Below, in pieces: positions 16,796 to 26,068 of a DNA stretch of 42,440 nucleotides. The stretch is from contig JAKQHE010000171.1 of assembly GCA_029573155.1 (NCBI GenBank), positions 1-42,440 of the forward strand. The letters run 5' to 3'. The notes under the pieces are model-generated. The model was not told the DNA's origin, did no database searches, and saw nothing but the letters and a program-made list of their open reading frames with translations. The stretch is from a bacterium. GTDB taxonomy: Bacteria > UBP6 > UBA1177 > JAKLFG01. The translations under genes and the position numbers were made by a program. Each line of letters opens with the position of its first letter. The stretch's first letter is position 1.

Positions 16796-17380
16796 ATGAC
16801 GGGGCGCGAGACCCGGAACAGCGAAGAGAAGGGACTGGCCGCACGGGCGGCCGGCGGCGATATTCGGGCTTTCGAGGAACTTATCATGGCTGAACGGCCG
16901 CGCCTTTATTCGTTCGCACTCGCCATGAGCGGCGGCAACCACGCCGATGCCGCCGATGTCCTGCAGGAGGCCTTCATCAAGGCCTTCGTGAACATCCGCC
17001 GGTTCCGCGGCGACAGTTCGTTCGGCACCTGGCTGTGGCGCATCGTCCACAACGAATTCCTGAATTACCGCGTCGCGCTCCGATCGCGACCGATCCGGCA
17101 GGAAGGCGACGACGAGACGGTCTCCCGCCTGCCGAGCGACCATCCCGGCCCGGCCGAATCGCTCATAGCCGCCGAACGGCGCGCCAAGGTGCTCGAACTG
17201 GTCGCGCTCCTGCCTCCCAAATACCGCGAGGCGATCGTCATGATAGACATCCGGGAACAGCCGTACGATGAGACGGCGGAACTGCTCGGCATATCGATGA
17301 GCGCCCTCAAGACCCGGCTGATGCGGGCCCGCGAGAAGTTCTCGGAACTGGTGCGAAAAAGAAAAGAACACTTTATATGA
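16796..17380 (+). CDS. ECF RNA polymerase sigma factor
   Basis: GDIRAFEELI, DAADVLQEAFIKAF, FRGDSSFGTWLWRIVHN, LPPKYREAIV, region 4 YDETAELLGISMSALKTRLMRAR. Start may be 16787 or 16796. Confidence 0.93.
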   Translation: MTGRETRNSEEKGLAARAAGGDIRAFEELIMAERPRLYSFALAMSGGNHADAADVLQEAFIKAFVNIRRFRGDSSFGTWLWRIVHNEFLNYRVALRSRPIRQEGDDETVSRLPSDHPGPAESLIAAERRAKVLELVALLPPKYREAIVMIDIREQPYDETAELLGISMSALKTRLMRAREKFSELVRKRKEHFI

Positions 17381-17392
17381 TGCGAGGTCGCC

Positions 17393-18115
17393 ATGAAGCC
17401 ATGTGAAAGGACCATTCAACTCGTCGCCGCGTCCATGGGGCGCGATCTGGAGCGTGACGAGGCGCTCTTTCTCAAGGAGCACGCCGCTGTCTGTCCCGAA
17501 TGCCGCGCACATCTCGCGGCATCGGACACCGCGATCGGCATCCTGAAGGGCGGACTGGTCCCGCAGGAGATCGACACACCGCCGCTTTTCAATGAACGGC
17601 TCCGCGAACGGCTCCGCGAGCGGGCGGGGCACCCCTCGTGGTACCGCTACCTGCCGCAGATACGGTTCCGCCGTCTCGAACTGGGCTTTCTCGCGGCGCT
17701 TCTCCTGCTCGCGGTCGGCGCGGTGACCTTTTTCTATTTCCACGAGGACGCGCCGCAGCCGCAACTGGTGACCCAGAAAGAGGTCTCGACCGACACGCCG
17801 CTTTCAATAGACCTTGAATACCTTGCCGTCCACCCCATCGCGGAGGTCACGGTGACCATTGAACTCGACGAGGGGGTGGTCTTTCACAGCGACTACCGCG
17901 AGATAGCCGACGCCCGTTCCCATACATGGAAAGGTCGTTTCAACGAGGGAATCAATTCCATACCCTTTATGGTGACGGTCGAGAAGCCGGGGATCCGCGA
18001 GATACGGACCCGCGCCGATATCGGGGACTGGCGTCACGAGCACCGCATCACCCTCACCTCGAACGGGAAGATGCTCACCATGGCCATGTACCGGCTTCCC
18101 AAGCGGAGGATCTGA
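17393..18115 (+). CDS. ZAS (zinc-finger) transmembrane anti-sigma factor
   Basis: HAAVCPEC (HxxxCxxC), a single TM segment, a beta-rich extracytoplasmic domain, and position directly after the ECF sigma. Confidence 0.85.
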   Translation: MKPCERTIQLVAASMGRDLERDEALFLKEHAAVCPECRAHLAASDTAIGILKGGLVPQEIDTPPLFNERLRERLRERAGHPSWYRYLPQIRFRRLELGFLAALLLLAVGAVTFFYFHEDAPQPQLVTQKEVSTDTPLSIDLEYLAVHPIAEVTVTIELDEGVVFHSDYREIADARSHTWKGRFNEGINSIPFMVTVEKPGIREIRTRADIGDWRHEHRITLTSNGKMLTMAMYRLPKRRI

Positions 18116-18119
18116 CCCG

Positions 18120-18485
18120 ATGCGCTCCGTTCTTCTTCTTCTCACCCTGCTTCCGGCCACCGCCCTCCTGTGGGCTGACGGATCGGGAGTGACCAGCCGC
18201 GTCCGCATTTCCAGCAACGAAACGAACAGGGGCTGGGAACAGACCTTTTTCGACGCCGTCGCCCTCGCCGGCATGACCAGACTTTCGGATGAGCCGGCCG
18301 ACGCGCTCCCGATGCCCGATTTCGATACGCCCGATACCGCCGGACAAGACCGGGCGAAAAAGGTGTCCGCGCCGCCGCCCCGCCGGACGGTCGAATACCA
18401 CATCATTCAGGAAGAATCTGAGCAGGGCGACCGGTCACGCAAGGTGAAGAAACGGGTCGTCATCGAGCCGCCCACAAAACCGTGA
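18120..18485 (+). CDS. Hypothetical secreted protein
   Basis: Signal-peptide-like N-terminus (MRSVLLLLTLLPATALLWA); tightly packed in the operon. Confidence 0.6.
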   Translation: MRSVLLLLTLLPATALLWADGSGVTSRVRISSNETNRGWEQTFFDAVALAGMTRLSDEPADALPMPDFDTPDTAGQDRAKKVSAPPPRRTVEYHIIQEESEQGDRSRKVKKRVVIEPPTKP

Positions 18486-18500
18486 GACCAGCGTAACCCC

Positions 18501-19286
18501 ATGAACACCCCCGCCGCAACAGGTTTTGACATCGGTTCGCGCACCGGCAAAGCGGTGGTGATAGACAGCGCCGGTGCCCTGCTTCACACTGCGACGGTCG
18601 AAACGGTCGGTAACGCGATCCGGACCTTCGATGATCTACGCGCCCTCCTACCGCCCGACCTGCCCGACGATCTTCCCTCCGCGGCGACCGGCTACGGACG
18701 GGCCGCGATCGAAGGGCGGGTGCGTCGTACCGCGACCGAGATATCCTGCCACGCGATCGGCGCCCTGCGTCGACTCCCCGGCGCCGCCACCGTCATAGAC
18801 ATCGGCGGACAGGACGCCAAGGTCATCATCCTTGAGGAAGGCCGGATCCGCGATTTCGCGATGAACGACAAATGCGCCGCCGGCGCGGGAAGATTCCTCG
18901 AAGTGATGGTGCCCCGTCTCGGACTCACACTGGAGAGTTTTTCCCGACTCGATGTCGCGCATATCGAGCCGCTTCCCCTCTCGGCGACCTGCACGGTATT
19001 CGCCGAATCGGAGATCGTGTCGCTCATGGCGTCGGGCGCCGATCCCGTCGTGCTTGCATCATCGGTCGCCGCTATGGCGGCACGCATGGCGGCCCTGCTC
19101 GCCGCCCCTCTGCACGCCCGCCCGCCCTTCTTCATGACCGGCGGCGTCTCCCGCATCGTTCCGGTCCGCCACCACCTGTCGCTTATACTGGGTCATCCGG
19201 TCGAGACCTCCGACGACGCATCGCTTTCGGGGGCGCACGGCGCGGCGATCATGGCGCTTCGTGATGGCGCTCTCCCTTTTAGGTAG
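18501..19286 (+). CDS. 2-hydroxyacyl-CoA dehydratase activase (HgdC/BadF-G/BcrA-D ASKHA ATPase)
   Basis: GFDIGSRTGK, ATGYGR, EISCH, VIDIGGQDAK, MNDKCAAGAGRFLE, CTVFAESE (two Fe-S Cys), TGGV. Confidence 0.9.
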   Translation: MNTPAATGFDIGSRTGKAVVIDSAGALLHTATVETVGNAIRTFDDLRALLPPDLPDDLPSAATGYGRAAIEGRVRRTATEISCHAIGALRRLPGAATVIDIGGQDAKVIILEEGRIRDFAMNDKCAAGAGRFLEVMVPRLGLTLESFSRLDVAHIEPLPLSATCTVFAESEIVSLMASGADPVVLASSVAAMAARMAALLAAPLHARPPFFMTGGVSRIVPVRHHLSLILGHPVETSDDASLSGAHGAAIMALRDGALPFR

Positions 19287-19312
19287 ACTTCTTCCCGTCA
19301 GTGTGCTAGTAT
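19284..19312 (+). promoter_or_regulatory. sigma70-type promoter (extended -10)
   Basis: TAGACT-N17-TAGTAT with a TG motif before the -10. Confidence 0.55.
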
Positions 19313-19350
19313 CTCTCCGTTCCGGATCATTCTTGCTCAGGAGGGGTCCC

Positions 19351-21015
19351 ATGAAGAAAGTATCGCTTCTTATCATCTGTTCGGTTCTTCTGTGTTTTTC
19401 CTGCGAAGAGAACAAAAAACTACCGCTGAACGACGATATCGCGGTGGACGACGGCGACACCATCGTCTACGACAACGACCAAAAGGAGAGTGAACTCCCC
19501 GATGTCACCGATAACGCTCCCGTTGACGACGCGGTCTCCCCGACCGATGAGGACGGCCTGCTCTCCGATGAGGACCTCATCACCAAGACCACCTGTCTCG
19601 AAACGGGTGAAGGATGCGCCGGGAACGAGATATGCCTTTACGACTGGCAATTGGCAGGATACTACTGCGAGGACGCCTGCGATCCTCTAGTGACCGACGA
19701 TTGCCCCGAAGGACTGTGGTGCGAACCGGTCGCGGGCGACACGAAGAGCGGCTGTTTCCTTCCCGTCATCATCGCGGGGCGGGTGTTCGACCTCGATGAG
19801 ATCGGTTACCCGGCCATCGAGGGAGCGCGCGTCAGCGCGATGGACCAGAAGGACGGCTCGGCGACCGATGTGTCGGTGACCGATAGCACCGGCCACTACG
19901 CGATACCGCTCTCGCTCATTCGGCAACGCAACGGGATGCCGCTAGCGGACGAGGTCTATATCATGCGGGCCGCCGCCAAGGACCACGCCCCCTATCCCGG
20001 ACCGGGGCAGGTCGCCCTGCCGATACTCATGGAGAACTGCACGCTCATGGGCGACGGTTACTATGTATCGAGCGGTTTCCTCGACATCGGGCTCGCCGCT
20101 CTCGCCGAGGAGGCGCAAGGCGGGTTCATCGTGTCGGGATCTCTTTCCGAGACGACGAGTGGTGTGCTGGTCATCGCCCGTTGCGCGACCGCACCGTGCC
20201 CTTACACCTACACCGGCGCCGAGGGCGATTTCACTATCTACAATGTCCTGCCGGGCGACTACGAGATAGCGGCTCTGAAAAGCGGCATCAGTTTCACGCC
20301 GGTCGCGGTCACGGTGGTCGATGCCGACATCACCGATCTTCTGCTGGAACTCGTCACCGAACCGGAACTCGGCTCGATAACCGGGCAGGTCAACATCGTC
20401 GACGGCGGCGGCGGGCTCACGACAAGCGTCGTGATGATGGCCGAGGAGACCTTTATCCCCGGCTTCGACAAGGGAGAGATCATCCCCGGCCTGCGCGCCC
20501 CCGAACCGCCCGAAGCGCCGATCATCAGCGGTGCCTACACGATAACCGGCATCCCGGCGGGGAAGTATGTGGTGCTCGCCGCGTTCGAGAATGACTGGCT
20601 GGTGCGCGACCCGGATCCGAACATCGCGGGAACGCAGGTGCTTCATCTCGAGATGCCGGCGGTCGGTGACATCTGGGACCTCTCTCTAGACAATTTCAAG
20701 GTGACCCGTGCGATAGACATCGTTTTCCCGGGCGCGCTCGGTCCCGAACAGGTTGACGCGGTGAACCTCGTCTTCATCTGGAAGGACGATTCGAGCGAGA
20801 CCCACTATAACCTCAAACTCTTCAACGCCTACGGGAAGATAGTCTGGGAAAAGACGGTACCGCGCGCGACCGGCGTGACGCAACTGGAAGAGCCGTACGA
20901 CGGCGATCCGCTCGCGGGCTATTACCAGTGGCGCGTCACTTCGCTCAAGTCGGGGGCCCCCATCTCGACATCGGAGGACCTCAAAGGGATATTTTACGTC
21001 GGTATGCCATGGTGA
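19351..21015 (+). CDS. Lipoprotein with Cys-rich region and carboxypeptidase-regulatory-like domains (myxobacterial-type)
   Basis: RBS AGGAGGGG. Lipobox CFSC. Motifs GRVFDL, PGLRAP, GKYVVLAAFEND.LVRDPDPNIAGTQ, WKDDSSE, YYQW, ISTSEDL.G.FY. Confidence 0.8.
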   Translation: MKKVSLLIICSVLLCFSCEENKKLPLNDDIAVDDGDTIVYDNDQKESELPDVTDNAPVDDAVSPTDEDGLLSDEDLITKTTCLETGEGCAGNEICLYDWQLAGYYCEDACDPLVTDDCPEGLWCEPVAGDTKSGCFLPVIIAGRVFDLDEIGYPAIEGARVSAMDQKDGSATDVSVTDSTGHYAIPLSLIRQRNGMPLADEVYIMRAAAKDHAPYPGPGQVALPILMENCTLMGDGYYVSSGFLDIGLAALAEEAQGGFIVSGSLSETTSGVLVIARCATAPCPYTYTGAEGDFTIYNVLPGDYEIAALKSGISFTPVAVTVVDADITDLLLELVTEPELGSITGQVNIVDGGGGLTTSVVMMAEETFIPGFDKGEIIPGLRAPEPPEAPIISGAYTITGIPAGKYVVLAAFENDWLVRDPDPNIAGTQVLHLEMPAVGDIWDLSLDNFKVTRAIDIVFPGALGPEQVDAVNLVFIWKDDSSETHYNLKLFNAYGKIVWEKTVPRATGVTQLEEPYDGDPLAGYYQWRVTSLKSGAPISTSEDLKGIFYVGMPW

Positions 21016-21029
21016 AAAAGGAGGAGGCC

Positions 21030-22529
21030 ATGAATCGCGTACTCTTTTTCGCGCTCATTGCGCTGTCTTTTGTCGCCTGCGAGAAAAAGGATGAGAACAC
21101 GGCGGGGACATGCGACCCGACGAAGATCGAATGCGCCGACGACGGCGTGTGCCTCTTCGATCGGGTGAAGGGCGACTATTACTGCACCGATGCCTGCGAC
21201 CCGCTCGCCGCCGACGCCTGCGATGACGGCTATGTCTGCGAAGGGATAACCGATCAGGAAAATCGCACCGCCTGCGTGACAAAGGTCTATCTGAAGGGGA
21301 AGGTGTTCGACCTCGAGACCGATGCGGCCATCAAGGATGCGCTCGTGATGGCGCAGAACACCAAGGACGGCATTGCGACCGATGTGGTAAAGACGGCGGC
21401 CGACGGCTCGTGGACCATCGAGATAGCGGTGCCGCGCAACAGCCACGGCGACCCGGCGACCGGTGACATCTACACGCTCTACGCATCGGCCGACGACCAC
21501 ATTCCCTACCCCTCGCTCATGCGTCCCGCCCTGCCAGTGACACTCACGCAGTTCGACCCCGAAACGGCCGACCTGCCATCGAGCGCGTGGGAATATTCCT
21601 CCGAACTGACCGATATCGGCCTCCTGCCGGTCAAGGATGAGGAAAAAGGACGTGCCTCGATCAACGGCAAACTCGCGAACCCCTTCGGCGGCGTACTTAT
21701 CGTGGCCGAATGCGCCGCACCGCCGTGTCCCTACAACTACGCCGACAAAAAAGGGAACTTCACCATCTTCAACGTGGCGCCGGGGAACTACGAACTGGCC
21801 GCATACAAACGAGGCGTCTACTGCGAGAAGAAGACGGTGACGGTCGCCGCGACCGACATCACCGGCCTCACGCTCGCCGCCAAAGAGTTCGCCGGCGGCT
21901 CCGTGAGCGGATCGGTCAACATCGTCAACGCCCCGGGCGGCTCGAAGACCTCGGTGGTCCTCATCCCCGAATCGACCTTTCACGAAACGCTCGTGACCGG
22001 CGTGGTCGCCCCCGGTCTGCGCGCCCCCCAACCGCCCGCCGCGCCGAACATCAACGGCGCCTTCGAGATAACCGACGTACCGGAAGGAAAGTATGTGGTG
22101 CTGGCCGCCTACGAGAACGACGGCCTCGTGCGCGACCCCGACCCGAACATCGCCGGGACGCAGATCGTCCACTTCGAGATAACAATCACCGCCACGACAA
22201 AGACGCTCGACAGTTTCAAGATAACCGAGGCGCTTGCGATGGTATCGCCCGGCGGCTCCACCCCGGAGGCGGTCAGCGGCACCCCGACCTTCAAGTGGGC
22301 CGACGATTCGAGCGAGGACGCCTACAATCTCAAGGTCTACAACATCTACGGCGATCTGGTCTGGGAAAAGGATATCGACGGGGTCAGTGGATCAGAAACG
22401 GTCGAGGTCCCCTACGAAGGACCGGCGCTTGAAGCGGGCATGTACTACCAGTGGAAAGCGGTCTCCTACCGCAAAGACGGCCCCATATCGACCACCGAGG
22501 ACCTCCGCGGCGTCTTCTACGCTGAGTGA
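21030..22529 (+). CDS. Paralog of the 19351-21015 lipoprotein
   Basis: RBS AGGAGG. Lipobox SFVAC. Same motif series as the upstream paralog. Confidence 0.8.
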   Translation: MNRVLFFALIALSFVACEKKDENTAGTCDPTKIECADDGVCLFDRVKGDYYCTDACDPLAADACDDGYVCEGITDQENRTACVTKVYLKGKVFDLETDAAIKDALVMAQNTKDGIATDVVKTAADGSWTIEIAVPRNSHGDPATGDIYTLYASADDHIPYPSLMRPALPVTLTQFDPETADLPSSAWEYSSELTDIGLLPVKDEEKGRASINGKLANPFGGVLIVAECAAPPCPYNYADKKGNFTIFNVAPGNYELAAYKRGVYCEKKTVTVAATDITGLTLAAKEFAGGSVSGSVNIVNAPGGSKTSVVLIPESTFHETLVTGVVAPGLRAPQPPAAPNINGAFEITDVPEGKYVVLAAYENDGLVRDPDPNIAGTQIVHFEITITATTKTLDSFKITEALAMVSPGGSTPEAVSGTPTFKWADDSSEDAYNLKVYNIYGDLVWEKDIDGVSGSETVEVPYEGPALEAGMYYQWKAVSYRKDGPISTTEDLRGVFYAE

Positions 22530-22531
22530 TC

Positions 22532-23761
22532 CTATAGCCCGAACTCTATTCTCATGTCATCGCAGTTCATCAGGGTCGTCCCGTCCTGTTCCCAGCACTG
22601 ACAGACATCGGCACGGTAGTCAGGATCGTTCTCGGCAAGTCCCTCGTTGAGGACAGCGAGGATATCGGCATCCTGATCGAGCATCTGCGCGTAGTCCATC
22701 ATCTTCATTGTCTCGCCGATCGCCCATTCGGTGTTGTTGTCGACGCAAACGAACCGCGAGCCTTCATAGGCCGTCCCGTCGCCGTTCATCGCCGAAATGC
22801 CGCGCACACATTCCATGCGGGTCACCTGAGAGGAGCCGATGATCTCTATCCATATTTCAAATACGGTCATCTTGAAGGAACCTTCGACCGTGACGCCGCC
22901 GACCCCCTCGTTCGCCGCCTGCGACTTGTAGTCCATGAGGTCGTCCACGGCGGCGTACAACTGGCCGACCCACAACGAGGCCAACTGGCCGGAAACGGGC
23001 CAAGTCAGGTTGCCGAGCCCCGTTGCGATGACCGTTTGAACGGACGAGCCGCCGTTCGTTTCCACCGCATCACGCAGATAGTACCCCTGCGTATCGCCCA
23101 GATCGTAGGTCGCCCCCTTGAGCGTCGCGCCGAGATCGACAAGGAAGGCCGCGTCGAGACTCATCGTGTTCGGGTCGTTGATGAGACCGATCATGCGCAG
23201 GTTGAAGAAGGCATCCCACTCTGACGGCATCGCGTCAAGAAAGGTCGCGTCAAGGCTGCAGGGAGGTATGGCCATCTGGCAGTCACTGGTGTCGTACCCG
23301 GTACAGTCCTCCAGACAGTCGGCCATGCCGCCGCTATAGGTGACGCTGTCGATAGTCGTACAAGCGACCCCACTGCTGTCGCATTCCTCCCATGTGTCGA
23401 TGATGGCGTTGCCGCAGGCGGGCACATATTCATCAATATCCCCGTCGAGCTCGGGCCATTCATCGGCGTCACCGTCGGGAACATTGTTGGTGCATACCGC
23501 CTCATCGCCGTACTCATAACATTCCATGCCGTAATCGGCACAATCACCGATAACGACCCATATCTCGCCGTCACATTGCATCACCTCGTTCCCATGACAA
23601 CGCATGGCATTCTCTTCCGCGCAGACACTCCCCTCTTCCGGGCCACCGTTATCCTGGTCGGGCACCGCATCACCGTCCGAGCCCAGAACACGACTACCAG
23701 CGCAGGAGGAAAAGATGCTCGCGACAAAGAAAAGAAGAAGGAATACTGACGCGTTCTTCAT
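22532..23761 (-). CDS. Hypothetical Cys-rich lipoprotein
   Basis: Lipobox FSSC. CGNAIIDTWEECD resembles the myxococcal Cys-rich repeat. Acidic linkers. Confidence 0.7.
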   Translation of the reverse strand: MKNASVFLLLFFVASIFSSCAGSRVLGSDGDAVPDQDNGGPEEGSVCAEENAMRCHGNEVMQCDGEIWVVIGDCADYGMECYEYGDEAVCTNNVPDGDADEWPELDGDIDEYVPACGNAIIDTWEECDSSGVACTTIDSVTYSGGMADCLEDCTGYDTSDCQMAIPPCSLDATFLDAMPSEWDAFFNLRMIGLINDPNTMSLDAAFLVDLGATLKGATYDLGDTQGYYLRDAVETNGGSSVQTVIATGLGNLTWPVSGQLASLWVGQLYAAVDDLMDYKSQAANEGVGGVTVEGSFKMTVFEIWIEIIGSSQVTRMECVRGISAMNGDGTAYEGSRFVCVDNNTEWAIGETMKMMDYAQMLDQDADILAVLNEGLAENDPDYRADVCQCWEQDGTTLMNCDDMRIEFGL

Positions 23762-23790
23762 TATCCTATCCTCCATGCTCCGGTCATCGC

Positions 23791-23818
23791 ATTGTAACGC
23801 GCGACCTTTCGATTGCAA
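23791..23818 (-). promoter_or_regulatory. sigma70-type promoter (leftward)
   Basis: Minus strand TTGCAA-N16-TACAAT. Confidence 0.55.
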
Positions 23819-23860
23819 GAAAGAAAAACGACCAACGATGCGCTTTCAGATCGAGTAAAT

Positions 23861-23889
23861 TTGCAATAACATCTACTCTACGGTATCAT
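23861..23889 (+). promoter_or_regulatory. sigma70-type promoter (rightward)
   Basis: TTGCAA-N17-TATCAT. Confidence 0.6.
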
Positions 23890-23916
23890 CGATCGGACCA
23901 TGGAAGGAGTGAACCG

Positions 23917-24384
23917 ATGGCTATATCTAAACAGGCGGCGCTCATCAAGATAATCGATGTGCTCGGCGCCCAGAGATTCACGACGCTTGCTACCGACACC
24001 GGGGACGAACTCCACACGAGTCTTGTCTGCTACACCTTTTCGAAGGATCTTCACTGCCTCTTTTTCGGGACGCCGCGAACCACCCGCAAATACAAGAATC
24101 TCAAGAAGAACGGCAAGAACGCCTTCAATGTATCGGACCACCGGAACGAAGAGGACGACACGCACCGTGCATTTTCGGTGACGGCCCACGGCACCGCCTA
24201 TGAACTGGTGGATGACCGCGAAAAGTATGCGGCGCTCCTCATCAAACGCTTTCCCCGTCTCGAACGGTTCTACCGCGATCCGGCCGTGGCGATATTCCGC
24301 GTGAAGATCGACGAGTACAGCATCACCGGCGATTTTCAGGATGTCGTGACCATCGGCACCAGCAGGGATTTCTGCAAGGAATAA
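23917..24384 (+). CDS. Pyridoxamine 5'-phosphate oxidase-like FMN-binding split-barrel protein
   Basis: TLAT, LFFGTPRTTRKYKNL, VTAHGTA. RBS AAGGAG. Confidence 0.8.
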   Translation: MAISKQAALIKIIDVLGAQRFTTLATDTGDELHTSLVCYTFSKDLHCLFFGTPRTTRKYKNLKKNGKNAFNVSDHRNEEDDTHRAFSVTAHGTAYELVDDREKYAALLIKRFPRLERFYRDPAVAIFRVKIDEYSITGDFQDVVTIGTSRDFCKE

Positions 24385-24426
24385 AGAAAAAGTCTATCCG
24401 GTGAGGACGCGAGCCTGATCGACCGA

Positions 24427-25185
24427 TCAGCGCGGGAAGCGGAGGATGTCCTCGCTTTCGATATTGTGGCGGGTCAGTTCGCGTTTCAGGAGTTCCTGAT
24501 CGTTCTTGTCCCACACATCGAGTTCGACACTGATGAGATTTTTGTACATATTGAAGATGTGGTTCTCTTTGACATGACCCTGAATGACAAAGAAATCACC
24601 GTTCGGTCCCCTGATGGGCAGTTTGATGGAGACATAATCGTTATCGAGGAAGAGATATTCGTACTCGGCGTCCACGAGGAACTTGAGCATGTGGTTCTCG
24701 GTCGCGATGACCCCTTCGAAGGTCGGATAACCGCGGAGCCGCGGATCGCGCGCCTGCTCTTCGACCTGGAACCCGAATTCTATATAGGATTTCGGGAAGT
24801 CGTTGAGTTTCTTTATTATCTCGCGCGCCTTTTTGACCTTTTCCTTGGCCTCTTTCGCCTCGTCGGCTATATAGTCCATCTTGAGACCGACCAGTTTAAG
24901 TTTATCATTGACCGGCAGGATGCGCCTGACGATACCGGTGCCGGCGACGCCTTCCTTCTTTATGAGGTAATTGACCTTCGTGTCGAAACTACCGTACTTC
25001 TCGTCGATGATGTCATAGCGGATCTCGAACTGGTCGCCCTCTTTGACCGGCAACTGGACCGGGACATGGATACCGATGCCCTCTTCGTTGATGTCCACGA
25101 GCGGGAAGGTGTTGTAGATGCCGTCTATCTTGACATTGGCCAAGAACCCGGTCATCTCGAGACGGTCTTTTCTTTCGATGTTCAT
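24427..25185 (-). CDS. Hypothetical protein with a degenerate PilZ-like N-terminal domain
   Basis: ERKDR...DINEEGIGI...GIVRRI...GLK pattern. RBS AGGAGG. Confidence 0.55.
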   Translation of the reverse strand: MNIERKDRLEMTGFLANVKIDGIYNTFPLVDINEEGIGIHVPVQLPVKEGDQFEIRYDIIDEKYGSFDTKVNYLIKKEGVAGTGIVRRILPVNDKLKLVGLKMDYIADEAKEAKEKVKKAREIIKKLNDFPKSYIEFGFQVEEQARDPRLRGYPTFEGVIATENHMLKFLVDAEYEYLFLDNDYVSIKLPIRGPNGDFFVIQGHVKENHIFNMYKNLISVELDVWDKNDQELLKRELTRHNIESEDILRFPR

Positions 25186-25228
25186 CGTTCCCTCCTATAG
25201 GTTGAAAAAACAATATCCTACGCCGGAG

Positions 25229-25257
25229 AGGATACCCGCAAGCGGCGAAAATGTCAA
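25229..25257 (-). promoter_or_regulatory. sigma70-type promoter (leftward)
   Basis: Minus strand TTGACA-N17-TATCCT. Confidence 0.7.
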
Positions 25258-25284
25258 AAAAAGAGCCGCCAGCGATGAAATATG

Positions 25285-25314
25285 TTGCTTCGGCGCCTTT
25301 TCCCCGTATATACT
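25285..25314 (+). promoter_or_regulatory. sigma70-type promoter (rightward)
   Basis: TTGCTT-N18-TATACT. Confidence 0.45.
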
Positions 25315-25341
25315 TCTCCGTTCTTTTCGAGAGGTGATCCC

Positions 25342-26064
25342 ATGTCCCACAAGATCGCGGTATGCATCCCGACCTACAACGAGAAGGAGAACATCCTCGC
25401 CATCGCGCAGGCGGTGCGGGGCGCCCTGCCGACGGCCGACATACTCGTGGTGGACGACAGTTCGCCCGACGGCACGGCCGATATCGTGCGCGGCTTCCAA
25501 CAGGAAAATCCGTGGATGAAACTCCATGTCCGCAAGGAGAAAAAGGGGCTCGGCGCCGCCTACATTGACGGGTTCCAGCGGCTCATCGAAGGCGGGTACG
25601 ACATCATCGTCCAGATGGATGCCGATTTCTCGCACCAGCCCAAATACCTCCCTCATTTCATCGAGGAGATAGACAACGGGGCCGATGTGGTCATCGGGTC
25701 GCGCTATGTGAAGGGCGGCGGCACCGAGAACTGGGATCTCTCGCGCCGTATCATCTCGCGCGGCGGCAGTCTCTATGCCCGCACCATCCTCTGTCTCAAG
25801 CAGAACGATGTCACCGCCGGCTATAAATGCTGGCGCGCCGACATGCTGAAAAAGGTCATCACCGGCGACCTCAAACTCTCCGGTTTCGGGTTTCAGATAG
25901 AGATGTCGTTCCGCACCAAACTGGTCGGCGCGAACATCAAGGAATACCCTATCGTATTCCCCGACCGCGAACTGGGTGTTTCGAAGATGAGCGGCAAGAT
26001 ATTCAAAGAGGCGCTCTTCGGCGTCTGGCGGCTCCGCTTCATGGGCCGCAAGGTGTTCGCGTAG
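25342..26064 (+). CDS. Polyprenol monophosphomannose synthase (GT2, DPM1/Ppm1-like)
   Basis: IPTYNEKENI, VVDDSSPDGT, GLGAAYIDGF, QMDADFSHQP, VIGSRYVKGG, DVTAGYKCWR, FQIEM, FPDRELGVSKMS. Confidence 0.9.
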   Translation: MSHKIAVCIPTYNEKENILAIAQAVRGALPTADILVVDDSSPDGTADIVRGFQQENPWMKLHVRKEKKGLGAAYIDGFQRLIEGGYDIIVQMDADFSHQPKYLPHFIEEIDNGADVVIGSRYVKGGGTENWDLSRRIISRGGSLYARTILCLKQNDVTAGYKCWRADMLKKVITGDLKLSGFGFQIEMSFRTKLVGANIKEYPIVFPDRELGVSKMSGKIFKEALFGVWRLRFMGRKVFA

Positions 26065-26068
26065 GCGG

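Noticed and set aside
16548-16893. ORFs 16548-16844 (-) and 16699-16893 (+) in the etfB-sigma intergenic region
   Set aside because: No RBS or protein-like composition. They conflict with the sigma gene and the better-supported 33-aa ORF.
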